The position numbers and the translations under genes were made by a program. A stretch of 63,842 bases of DNA, taken from the NCBI GenBank assembly GCA_964557125.1, contig CAZKYX010000001.1:1-63842 (forward strand), given 5' to 3'. The stretch comes from an uncultured Gammaproteobacteria bacterium (GTDB taxonomy: Bacteria; Patescibacteriota; Microgenomatia; Levybacterales; GWA1-39-11). The notes under the pieces are model-generated. The model was not told the origin of the DNA, did not search any database, and saw only the letters and a program-made list of their open reading frames with translations. Positions 51,225 to 60,255 of this stretch are shown here, piece after piece; the stretch's first letter is position 1, and each line of letters begins with the position of its first letter.

Positions 51225-52172
51225 ATGCGTCCCGATTCAAAAGAGAAAGTTCTTCCGGTAAAAAAAATATCAGCACGACGCGTTATCATCACATCTTTTG
51301 CGGTTGATTTGCTGGATATTATCCTTAGTTTTGTAGTTTCTGTTTTTTCTGGAAGTGTTGTTATGTTTACGCAGGTTCTTGAAGGTGTTTCTGATCTCGC
51401 TGCATCTGGTCTTCTTATGATTGGCCTTAAGCGATCAACTCAGAAAGATGATAGGTCGCATCCCTTTGGATACGGAAGGGAAATTTATTTTTGGACCCTG
51501 CTAGCTGCCCTTGTCATGTTTGGTTTGACAGCAACTCTGTCAATCTATTTTGGGTGGAAGAGAATTTTGGATCCAGAACCAATTCACAATATTTTACTCG
51601 CTCTGATAGTTCTTCTCGTAACTTTTTTTACAAATGGATACGCGTTTTTTCTTAGCTATAAACGTCTTTTGAAAAAGAGAAGTTTTAAACATGTTGCCGA
51701 AATTTTTTACAAGTCTTCCCTTGTAGAAACAAAAACGACTTTTATATTAGATCTTATGGGAACCGCATCATCATTTTTTGGTATGCTAGCCTTAGGCGGA
51801 TATCTTATTACAGGAGATTTGAGATTTGATGGTTTGGGTGCCGTCATTATAGGTATCTTTTTGGCTATCTTTTCATTCTTCCTTCTTATGGGGATTCGGG
51901 ATTTGCTTGTTGGAAAGAGTGCCTCTCTTGCGACAGAGAAAAAAATTCGTGATGCGGCACTTGAAGTTGAAGAAGTTAATTCTGTGCTTGATTTAAAAAC
52001 ACTTCACGTTGGTTCTGAAAAATTGCTTGTCAATTTGGAGGTCCATATGCAGGATAGACTTACGACAGATGAGCTCGAAAAATTGATTGACAAGATTAAA
52101 GAACGTATTCAGCAAGCGGTTCCTTCTGTAAAATACATTCAAGTCGAACTTGAAACCCCTGAAAAGATTTGA
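51225..52172 (+). CDS. cation diffusion facilitator family transporter
   Basis: 315 aa, 6 TM. DDRSHPFGYGREIYF motif and a C-terminal cytoplasmic domain. Confidence 0.85.
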   Translation: MRPDSKEKVLPVKKISARRVIITSFAVDLLDIILSFVVSVFSGSVVMFTQVLEGVSDLAASGLLMIGLKRSTQKDDRSHPFGYGREIYFWTLLAALVMFGLTATLSIYFGWKRILDPEPIHNILLALIVLLVTFFTNGYAFFLSYKRLLKKRSFKHVAEIFYKSSLVETKTTFILDLMGTASSFFGMLALGGYLITGDLRFDGLGAVIIGIFLAIFSFFLLMGIRDLLVGKSASLATEKKIRDAALEVEEVNSVLDLKTLHVGSEKLLVNLEVHMQDRLTTDELEKLIDKIKERIQQAVPSVKYIQVELETPEKI

Positions 52173-52217
52173 AATCTTGATTTTTATACTGTCCTAGAGT
52201 AGAATTTGGCTTGGAAT

Positions 52218-53921
52218 ATGTCAAAAGTAGAAATCACTCCAGATAGTATTCACGAAATTATACCTCCTCATGAAATTGAGAAAAAATATCTCGTAAAGAA
52301 ATTGCCTGACAATTTAGATAGTTTTCCCTTCGTTGAAATATCTCAGAGTTATGTAGCTATTTCTGAAGACAACAAAGAGGAAGTACGTGTCAGAAAGGCT
52401 GACAATAATTATTATCTGACAGTAAAACGAGGGAATGGACTCGATCGCGAAGAAGTTGAGACGTGCATTGATAGAGATACATACGAAGTGCTTGTCCCTC
52501 ATGCTGATGGTAAGACCGTTGAAAAAACAAGATACAAAATTCCGTATCAAAAATATACCATCGAGCTTGATGTTTACCATGGTGCTCAAGAAGGCCTTTT
52601 GAGCGTAGAGGTAGAATTTGAGAGCATCGAGGAAAGTGAGAAATTTGCTCACCCTGCATGGTTTGGAGAGGATGTTACAGGAAAGAAAGAGTTCTCGAAT
52701 AGAGCAATGGCAGGAAAAAATGCTGAAAGAACAAAAGAGAAAACATCTGAAAGTTGGATAACAACAGAAGTGGAAGATGTTTCAAAATTTCTGAATCTCA
52801 TTGAAAAAAAACTCAAAGAGAAGGATGGGAGTGAATCTTTGTTTGTTTTTATTGCCGGGAGAACGAGTTCTGGTAAAACAACTGCAGTAACTAAAAAAAT
52901 TGAAGAAAGATTTGGTGACATTTCAATTCTTTCAACAGATGACTATCAAAAGGGTGGAAAATTTGTAGATAGGGAGCGCGCGAAGGGCAACAATATCAAT
53001 TGGGATCATCCGGAATATATCAATTTTGAATTACTCAAAACTCATTTAGATTTGTTGAAAAATGGAGAGTCGATTGAAAAGCCTGAGTTTAATTTTTTAA
53101 CCGGAGAGGCTGACAGTACGTCTAAATTTTCACCAAAAAACATCATTGTTCTCGAGGGATTGTTTGCACTTTTTGACGACCTCCCAAGCTATGCTGATGT
53201 CAAGGGATTTGTGGACATTTCTCTTCATGGAAGTGTTGTGAGGCGTCTTGCTCGGGATGTTGTCAGAACCCCCTTAAGCCCTGAGCAAATTCTCGATTAC
53301 TACTTCAGAGTAGTTGAGCCTATGTATCAAAAATATATTGAACCAACGAAGAGAAAGGCGGATATGGTGCTTGTCAATGAGTATAATCCGGCAATTGAAG
53401 CTGAAAAATTTCAAGGGTTGGAAATTCAAGCAAAATACAAGGGGACTGTTAGCGCTGAGCTGTTAGCAGACAACGGCGCAACATTTCTAAAGTGCAATGT
53501 GCAAGATGATACATACTTTAATCCTCATGATAGACAACTCGAAGAATCAGATGAAATGTTGAGAATTCGCAAAGAAGACGGCCAATCTGTTATGACCTAT
53601 AAAGGTCCGAAGAACAAGGATAGTGGAAATAGACCGCGTGCTGAGATTAAAATTAGCCCACGTTTGGAACGGATATTTCGAAAGCATTATGGGAAAAATT
53701 TTAAAGAAATTAGCAAAGAGAGAAGTTTTTATGAAATGGATGGAGCTCTTGTCGTTCTTGACACTGTAACAAAAATCGAAGGAGGAGTCACAACAAAGCT
53801 CGGAGAATTTATTGAAATTCAATGTAATGACGAGAAAAACTCAGAAGAAAAAACCAGCCAAATTGTTAAAAAATTAGGAATTACAACTTTGCCACTTTCA
53901 ATCCCTTACAGCAGGATGTAA
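52218..53921 (+). CDS. CYTH - uridine kinase-like P-loop - CYTH (CyaB-like) fusion protein
   Basis: EIEKKYLV (ExExK) N-terminal CYTH. IAGRTSSGKTT with DDYQK kinase core. C-terminal MLRIRKEDG...TYKGPK CYTH. The ORF opens at TTG 52206; ATG 52218 preferred. Confidence 0.7.
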   Translation: MSKVEITPDSIHEIIPPHEIEKKYLVKKLPDNLDSFPFVEISQSYVAISEDNKEEVRVRKADNNYYLTVKRGNGLDREEVETCIDRDTYEVLVPHADGKTVEKTRYKIPYQKYTIELDVYHGAQEGLLSVEVEFESIEESEKFAHPAWFGEDVTGKKEFSNRAMAGKNAERTKEKTSESWITTEVEDVSKFLNLIEKKLKEKDGSESLFVFIAGRTSSGKTTAVTKKIEERFGDISILSTDDYQKGGKFVDRERAKGNNINWDHPEYINFELLKTHLDLLKNGESIEKPEFNFLTGEADSTSKFSPKNIIVLEGLFALFDDLPSYADVKGFVDISLHGSVVRRLARDVVRTPLSPEQILDYYFRVVEPMYQKYIEPTKRKADMVLVNEYNPAIEAEKFQGLEIQAKYKGTVSAELLADNGATFLKCNVQDDTYFNPHDRQLEESDEMLRIRKEDGQSVMTYKGPKNKDSGNRPRAEIKISPRLERIFRKHYGKNFKEISKERSFYEMDGALVVLDTVTKIEGGVTTKLGEFIEIQCNDEKNSEEKTSQIVKKLGITTLPLSIPYSRM

Positions 53922-53961
53922 GCAAGTATATCGTATAGAATATACAATATACAATATACGT

Positions 53962-53967
53962 TATAAT
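53962..53967 (+). promoter_or_regulatory. -10 TATAAT, 6 nt before ATG 53974
   Basis: Leaderless geometry. Confidence 0.4.
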
Positions 53968-53973
53968 GCACAT

Positions 53974-55011
53974 ATGTCCTTAGAAAAGTTTCAAGCATCA
54001 ATGATGGGAGGAGCCATTGGTGACACTTTGGGAATGTCTGTTGAGGGGTGGAGTAGAGATCAAATTCGAAGGTTCATCGGTGGCGTGAGCGAGCCCGTGA
54101 GTTCTGTTGATATCTATGCAAAGGCTTACGAAAATAATCCAAATGACGAAGAAAATTTTCCTCATAAATTTACTACAAGAGTGCTTTCAAAAGGTGAGTA
54201 TACCGATGACACGCATTTATCAATTGCAACTGCAAAGGCACTTATCAAGGGTGGATACTCCATGGAGGGGGCTGTAATAGAACATCTGGAAATGTATAAA
54301 AGACTGACGAGTGACGATGAGCAAGGGGCATGGCAAAGTTTTGGTTATTCAACAAGGACTGCAATACAAAATTTATTGGACGGTGTATCATCTGAGGCAT
54401 CAGGCGTAAAAGCCAACAGTCCGGGGAATGGGCCAACAATAAAAATGGGTCCAGTTGGGCTTTTCATGTCGGCAACAAATGAATATGAAAAAGGAATGGA
54501 ATATGCAGAAAAAGTTGGGAGAATGACGCATCTTGATAGTCGCTCGATTGGGTCGGGTGTTGTACAGGCAGATGCTATATATTCACTTTTGGAAGGTATT
54601 GATAGAAAAGATTTTGTTGAGCAGACAATTATTGTTTCAAAGAATGTAGAAGAGCGAATAGGGAAAGAGGAGAGGACAAAACTGTATAAAAAGTTTGAAT
54701 GGATACTCGCAAATATGGAGGCAAATGACGATGCTGCATATGATGCATTTCAGCCCAACTTTGCGGTTACAAGAAATTATCCTTTCACGCTTTTTATGTT
54801 TCAAAAGTATTGGGACAGTCCCCTTGAAGGACTTTTAAAGACTGTAAATTCTGGAGGTGATGCCGATAGTACGGGGGCTATGTTTGGAACGCTTGCTGGA
54901 GCAAAGCATGGGAAATTTTATCCACAAGAATGGGAAGATGTATTGCTAGATAAAGAGGTGTTAATTTCTCTTTCATCACAGCTCTTTGCTTCAAACTCTA
55001 TGCTATCCTAG
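53974..55011 (+). CDS. ADP-ribosylglycohydrolase family protein
   Basis: 345 aa. GGAIGDTLGMSVEG, YTDDT and GGDADSTGAM motifs. Confidence 0.8.
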   Translation: MSLEKFQASMMGGAIGDTLGMSVEGWSRDQIRRFIGGVSEPVSSVDIYAKAYENNPNDEENFPHKFTTRVLSKGEYTDDTHLSIATAKALIKGGYSMEGAVIEHLEMYKRLTSDDEQGAWQSFGYSTRTAIQNLLDGVSSEASGVKANSPGNGPTIKMGPVGLFMSATNEYEKGMEYAEKVGRMTHLDSRSIGSGVVQADAIYSLLEGIDRKDFVEQTIIVSKNVEERIGKEERTKLYKKFEWILANMEANDDAAYDAFQPNFAVTRNYPFTLFMFQKYWDSPLEGLLKTVNSGGDADSTGAMFGTLAGAKHGKFYPQEWEDVLLDKEVLISLSSQLFASNSMLS

Positions 55012-55145
55012 AACCGAAAGCGAAAAAAATTCTTCTAATATTGCTGGTAGTTATCATAGGTTTTTTTGTTATATATTTAAAGCTTCCTATAATGCAGGTT
55101 GCAAATTAATGCTATGATTAAAATCACGCTACACTTTTGCTTTTC

Positions 55146-55153
55146 TGTATAAT
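55146..55153 (+). promoter_or_regulatory. extended -10 TGTATAAT, 7 nt before ATG 55161
   Basis: Leaderless geometry. Confidence 0.4.
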
Positions 55154-55160
55154 ATAGTAT

Positions 55161-56393
55161 ATGTACATGAATTTTCTTCTATATTTGGTTTATGAAGTAT
55201 TGATTTGGCTTTTAATATTATTATTTTTTATCTTTCTTGTATTTAAGTTTCGCAATAAAATAAAAATTTTGAGAAAAAATTCAAAAACAGTTGTTATAAC
55301 TGGTTTTGGGTTTTTTCTAGTTTTAATTATTTCCTTTTTTTATTTCAATCCTGGTGGTAACTTATTGGAAATGCCAATGTATTCTCACTCACATGCTCCT
55401 GGTGGCAAGACGGCATCAGTACCGCTTCTCAATGCAATAGCCTTTTTTCTTAATTCTACTAAGTTTGATAAGGTTGCAGATATCGGCGCGGATCCTAACA
55501 ATGTGCCAGCTTTTGTATCCAAAACTGATGCTGCTGTTAGGATAGATATTACAGCTCAGGAAGTAATATCTGAGATTAGAAATGGTTCGTATTTCAATTA
55601 TTGGACGTACAACAAGCAGGTGCCAGGGCCAATGTATAGAGTAAAGCTCGGAGACACAGTAATTGTATCGTTAACAAATCACAAATCGTCAATTCACCAT
55701 CACAATATAGACATGCATGCTGTTACTGGACCTGGGGGTGGAGCGGCGGTTACACATGTTGCACCAGGAGAAACTAAGTCTTTTAAGTGGAAGGCGCTTA
55801 ATCCCGGAATTTATGTGTATCATTGTGCAATGCCTAATGTAAGTACTCATAATTCGCACGGCCAGTATGGGTTAATTCTTGTAGAGCCGCCCGAAGGACT
55901 CTCAAGGGTTGATAAGGAGTTCTATATTATGCAAGGGGAGCTTTACACTTTGGGGGGTCTTGGAAAGAAGGGGCTTACTATTTTTAATACGCAAGGGCTT
56001 ATTGATGGAAACCCCACGTATGTAACTTTTAATGGAAAAGTTGAAACAACTCCGCGAATGAAAGCAAAGGTTGGAGATAAAATCCGAATGTTTGTAGGTA
56101 ATGGTGGATTGAATCTCATCTCTTCTTTTCATGTCATAGGGGAAATATTTGATGTTGTTTATCCAGAAGGAGCAATTGGTTCGCCACCGTTAAGAAATAT
56201 ACAGACTACTGCAGTGCTTCCAGGAGGAGCGACTATCGTGGAGTTCACGGTTGATGTGCCTGGAAATTATCTTCTTGTGGACCATGCACTTGCGCGGATG
56301 AATAAGGGGGCATGGGCTGTTCTCGAAGTGGAAGGAAATGATAATCCTGATGTTTTTCAGTCTTTGGATCCTGATTCCGACATGCATCACTGA
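55161..56393 (+). CDS. nirK: copper-containing nitrite reductase (NirK-type), with N-terminal TM segments
   Basis: 410 aa. HNIDMHAVTGPGGG, YVYHCA...H....YGLILVEP, SFHVIGEIFD and VDHAL line up with NirK T1/T2 copper-ligand motifs. Confidence 0.8.
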   Translation: MYMNFLLYLVYEVLIWLLILLFFIFLVFKFRNKIKILRKNSKTVVITGFGFFLVLIISFFYFNPGGNLLEMPMYSHSHAPGGKTASVPLLNAIAFFLNSTKFDKVADIGADPNNVPAFVSKTDAAVRIDITAQEVISEIRNGSYFNYWTYNKQVPGPMYRVKLGDTVIVSLTNHKSSIHHHNIDMHAVTGPGGGAAVTHVAPGETKSFKWKALNPGIYVYHCAMPNVSTHNSHGQYGLILVEPPEGLSRVDKEFYIMQGELYTLGGLGKKGLTIFNTQGLIDGNPTYVTFNGKVETTPRMKAKVGDKIRMFVGNGGLNLISSFHVIGEIFDVVYPEGAIGSPPLRNIQTTAVLPGGATIVEFTVDVPGNYLLVDHALARMNKGAWAVLEVEGNDNPDVFQSLDPDSDMHH

Positions 56394-56400
56394 AATGTAA

Positions 56401-57033
56401 TTATCTGAGTTTTTTTAAAAGATAGGTAAGACAAAGAAGTATGGGTGCAATGTAGAGAAGGGTTCCAAAAATTCCATAATTTAAGTATTCTTGCACGACA
56501 CCAGTAGTTCCTAGCCATCCGGCAACATCAAAATATTCCCAAGGATGGTGGAGTAGAAAATGCTGGAAGAATTCATGGATGAGTTTTGGAATTGCAATAA
56601 CTGAGAGAACGAGAATTAGTATCTGATGAGTTTTAAACAAAACATCTTTTTTAGAAAAAAGTTTGTACATTAAATAAAAGATGACAAAGTTTTCAAATAT
56701 ATTTGGAAAGAAAAAAAGAAATTGTCTGTTGTGGGTCGAATAGAAAAATGCGAGTCCGACAAGTCTATATAGGAAAAGAAAAATAGCCGTGTTCTTTGCA
56801 AGCTTATCTTTGAAGGAAAAAGCAATGATAAAAATAAAAGTTAAGTAGTACAAGTCAAAGGTCTTATCCCAGTTTTGATAGAAGGCAAGTTTTGCAGGTG
56901 TTGAGTGGTCAATAAATTTCCAATCATACAGGTCACAAAGGTTGGATAGTAGTATTCCCAGTAATGGAATACGAAAAATGAGAAGAGGAACAACGGAGCG
57001 AGCAATGGTGGGAAGAATAGGAAGCTGTTCCAT
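56401..57033 (-). CDS. hypothetical polytopic membrane protein
   Basis: 210 aa, ~6 TM. Confidence 0.55.
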   Translation of the reverse strand: MEQLPILPTIARSVVPLLIFRIPLLGILLSNLCDLYDWKFIDHSTPAKLAFYQNWDKTFDLYYLTFIFIIAFSFKDKLAKNTAIFLFLYRLVGLAFFYSTHNRQFLFFFPNIFENFVIFYLMYKLFSKKDVLFKTHQILILVLSVIAIPKLIHEFFQHFLLHHPWEYFDVAGWLGTTGVVQEYLNYGIFGTLLYIAPILLCLTYLLKKLR

Positions 57034-57491
57034 TAAGATTTGCTTTTGAGAAAGAAGGATATTATGGCTGCATATACTGTTCCAAAAATAAGAGCTGTGA
57101 TAAGTTGGGCAAGCATGTCAACAAGAATTGCAACTGTATCAGGTGCCGTGCCAAGTCCGTAAGAGTTCTTAACATAAGAAATAATTTCTGGATTTACAAA
57201 AAGGTAGTATGCTACAAAAATAAAAGGAGAAACGAGTCCGTATACGAGAGAGATTTTTATTCCTTCAATGGTTCCTTGTTTGAAAGTTAATTTATTTTTT
57301 TGTTGTTTTTTCTTGGATAAAATTCCCAAGAACCAAATGACAAGCGGGGAGAGCATCATGAATATAAGTTGAATTGGAGACTTGTCAAAGGATTTATTCT
57401 GACCAGTAATTTCCATGAGTGCAAGACAAGCAACTATGACCCCGCACATGGCAAGTCCATATTTTACATAAGTTTTACTCAAAAGCTTCAT
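57033..57491 (-). CDS. small 4-TM membrane protein (DUF4199-like)
   Basis: 152 aa. 1-nt overlap with the downstream gene. Confidence 0.5.
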   Translation of the reverse strand: MKLLSKTYVKYGLAMCGVIVACLALMEITGQNKSFDKSPIQLIFMMLSPLVIWFLGILSKKKQQKNKLTFKQGTIEGIKISLVYGLVSPFIFVAYYLFVNPEIISYVKNSYGLGTAPDTVAILVDMLAQLITALIFGTVYAAIISFFLKSKS

Positions 57492-57621
57492 AATATAAAA
57501 ATCATATCAAAAATAACCACCTTTTGCCAAATAACCCCCCCCCAGAAAATCTGTTAGGGCTTTTTTCTTGCCCTAAGAGCAAAACTGATATACTATTTTA
57601 TTAGTAAGAATAATTTCTAAA

Positions 57622-58674
57622 ATGAAAAATCTTGAACTTTCAAAAATTCTCCATATAGCAACCACAATTATTGTTGTGTTTTCCATTCTTTACTTCTCGT
57701 ACTTGATAATAAAACCTTTTCTTCTTGTCATAATTATTGCCTTTATTTTTTCAATATTTTTAAATCCTGCTTATGAATGGTTCCTGCAGAGAGTGAAAAA
57801 GCCTTCAATTGCCGCAATAATTACCATCGTTCTTATGCTTATATTTATCCTTTCCCCACTCATTTTTGTATTTGTGAATGTGCTTGCTGAAGCAAGAGGG
57901 CTTTTTGCCATGATACAGGCAAAGCCAACACTTCTTGCAGACGCTCAGGCAGTTATAACCAACCAAATGCAGCAACTCGGACTACCAACTGAGGTTTTTA
58001 AATTCAATATTGAGCAAGAAGTACTCAGGATTCTTAAAACAGTTATTCAAAATGCTACGGGGACACTTTTCTATGCAGGTTCATTGTTATTAAATACATT
58101 CTTTGTACTCATAACTGTTTATTTTTTCTTGATAGCAAAGAAGCGAATAGGAGCGTATCTTCAGAAAATTGAAATTATTCCGAGGCACTATTATTTAAAA
58201 ATTCAGACAAGAACGACAGACCTTATTAATGGGATAGTGAGAGGTAATCTTTTTGTTGCTGGTATTCAAATTGTACTTGGAACATTGGGATTTTTGATGT
58301 TTGGAATACCTGCGCCCTTATTGTTAGGAGTTCTCTATGGTATTTTTTCGTTAATGCCGGCAATTGGGGCAATGCTTGTGTGGGGACCGGTTGCAATTAT
58401 ACTGTTCTTTACGCATGGACCTCTCGTCGCTTTACTCTTTGCTGCGTGGTTTGTTGTTACCAATTTTCTTCTTGATAATTTTGTCTCACCAAAAATTATT
58501 GGGAGTCAAACAAAGTTGCATCAGCTTCTCATAATGTTTTCTGTTGTTGGTGGGGTACAGCAGTTTGGACTTGTTGGTGTAGTTTTGGGTCCCGTAATTG
58601 TGGCGCTTGCCTTTGTTGCAATTGAAATGTACGAAGAAATAACCAGCCCCAAAGGAACAAAGGAATTTGAATAG
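57622..58674 (+). CDS. AI-2E family transporter (PerM/UPF0118)
   Basis: 350 aa, 7-8 TM. The GIPAPLLLGVLYGIFSLMPAIGAMLVWGP region is typical of this family. Confidence 0.8.
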   Translation: MKNLELSKILHIATTIIVVFSILYFSYLIIKPFLLVIIIAFIFSIFLNPAYEWFLQRVKKPSIAAIITIVLMLIFILSPLIFVFVNVLAEARGLFAMIQAKPTLLADAQAVITNQMQQLGLPTEVFKFNIEQEVLRILKTVIQNATGTLFYAGSLLLNTFFVLITVYFFLIAKKRIGAYLQKIEIIPRHYYLKIQTRTTDLINGIVRGNLFVAGIQIVLGTLGFLMFGIPAPLLLGVLYGIFSLMPAIGAMLVWGPVAIILFFTHGPLVALLFAAWFVVTNFLLDNFVSPKIIGSQTKLHQLLIMFSVVGGVQQFGLVGVVLGPVIVALAFVAIEMYEEITSPKGTKEFE

Positions 58675-58695
58675 TAAGGTAACTTGAATTTTTTC

Positions 58696-58723
58696 TTGGC
58701 AAAATGGAAGTTGGTGCTATAAT
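58696..58723 (+). promoter_or_regulatory. promoter: -35 TTGGCA, 16 nt, TGCTATAAT, 6 nt before ATG 58730
   Basis: Read directly. Confidence 0.45.
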
Positions 58724-58729
58724 CAGGCG

Positions 58730-59446
58730 ATGAAAGAGATTGAAGTCAGACCTGAGCATGCGACAATTCTTGAAGCATCCCAAGTTGTTAGAGAATTAGT
58801 TGCATCAGAAGATTTTTACAACAACGCATTCTATAACAGTCGTGAGCGCTCAATAGCTCAACATACCACTCAAGCATTCCTTGAAAATTCTCTTTTTTCG
58901 TTGAGAGAGGATAAGGTAAGTTACAAAAAGGAAGGCACCGGTTTTCAAAATTTCTACAAAAGGGGAGATTATTTCCAATTTGGTGCTGACATAATGGCTG
59001 GACCACAGCTCCTTTCACGCGATACTATTGCCAGCATGTACACACTTAACGTTTTTCATACGTGGTCAGCCAATCTAGGAAAAAGCATTTCAATTGCGCT
59101 TTATTCAAGTGAAGAGAAAAAGCTGGAAGAGCCAGTAGAGTTTGCAAAACGGATGTATAAGGATTGGAAAGTTGTACCTGATGATTATCAGATTCAGGAG
59201 GATGAGAGACTAGGTGTTTTTAAGTGTAAAGCTTCTCAAGAAGGAAATGAACTCGCCGTCAAATTTACAAAACTTCTAAGGAACTGGACAAAAAAAGGCA
59301 CTGAATTTACGTATACGCTTTATGAAAGGGACTACCATCAATTATGGTTTCAATTTCCAGAGGTTGAAAGGAATAATAAAGTTTTTACGCCCTATGTGCT
59401 CTCTCCGTTGTCATCAATGAATGAAATAGAAAAACGACTAATCTAG
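58730..59446 (+). CDS. hypothetical protein (238 aa)
   Basis: Clean ORF. No motif recognised. Confidence 0.6.
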   Translation: MKEIEVRPEHATILEASQVVRELVASEDFYNNAFYNSRERSIAQHTTQAFLENSLFSLREDKVSYKKEGTGFQNFYKRGDYFQFGADIMAGPQLLSRDTIASMYTLNVFHTWSANLGKSISIALYSSEEKKLEEPVEFAKRMYKDWKVVPDDYQIQEDERLGVFKCKASQEGNELAVKFTKLLRNWTKKGTEFTYTLYERDYHQLWFQFPEVERNNKVFTPYVLSPLSSMNEIEKRLI

Positions 59447-59457
59447 AAAATCGATTC

Positions 59458-59486
59458 TTGCTTTTCTGCACGACGAACATTAGAAT
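59458..59486 (+). promoter_or_regulatory. promoter: -35 TTGCTT, 17 nt, -10 TAGAAT, 7 nt before ATG 59494
   Basis: Read directly. Confidence 0.4.
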
Positions 59487-59493
59487 CTGACCT

Positions 59494-60162
59494 ATGCAGG
59501 AAAGAGAGCCAGTTTTTGAATTGCCGGTAGAGGAGTCTTTATTGCCCGTGATATTTCCGATAAGTAAAGAGGCGTGTTTTGAAGCAGGAATGTTTGCAGC
59601 CGGACTATATGGGAGGCAGGAGGCTGCTCAAAAACTTCTCCAGCAAGAAGCAAATATTGGCAAGACTCGTGATGCCTTTGCTGCTGTGATTTCAGCTATT
59701 GAGGGGGCTAACGATGAAGGAAGTGAGAAGGTACTCGATGCGCACACTTTTACATTAGGTGTGCTTTACTCCGGAAAAGCAATTTCCATCCATACCAAAG
59801 AGAAAAAAGTAGAGATTCCAACTGTTCACTCCATGGATGTAAGAAGCCTTATGGCAAAAGCAGGGAATTATGTGGAAGAGCAGGATGCAGAAATATTGGG
59901 GGAACACTCAAGAGCGGTAAGTTCTATTATCGAAAATTCTTATTTTGCCACACAAAAAATGAAAGAAAATGAAGTAAAAAGCTTTCAGACTGGAGCTAGA
60001 CTTTTTGCTTCATGTATTGCAGAAGTTGCACTCAAAACACCCCCTGATTTTAAAAGTAGAGTAGTACCTCAAAAAAGCGCTTTTGATTTAAAGCCTTCCC
60101 CTTTTACGAAAGAAGAATTTGAAGCAATTCTTAAAAAAATTGCTGAAGAAGAAGAGAAATAA
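59494..60162 (+). CDS. hypothetical protein (222 aa)
   Basis: Clean ORF. No motif recognised. Confidence 0.6.
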   Translation: MQEREPVFELPVEESLLPVIFPISKEACFEAGMFAAGLYGRQEAAQKLLQQEANIGKTRDAFAAVISAIEGANDEGSEKVLDAHTFTLGVLYSGKAISIHTKEKKVEIPTVHSMDVRSLMAKAGNYVEEQDAEILGEHSRAVSSIIENSYFATQKMKENEVKSFQTGARLFASCIAEVALKTPPDFKSRVVPQKSAFDLKPSPFTKEEFEAILKKIAEEEEK

Positions 60163-60240
60163 CGGTCATGTACTATCTTAAGAATAGCTCTGGTCTGTTT
60201 TCAAGTAACCAAACTTCTAATTACCTAAGTAACTGCCAAT

Positions 60241-60249
60241 TGCTATACT
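60241..60249 (+). promoter_or_regulatory. extended -10 TGCTATACT, 6 nt before ATG 60256
   Basis: Leaderless geometry. Confidence 0.4.
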
Positions 60250-60255
60250 GATTGT

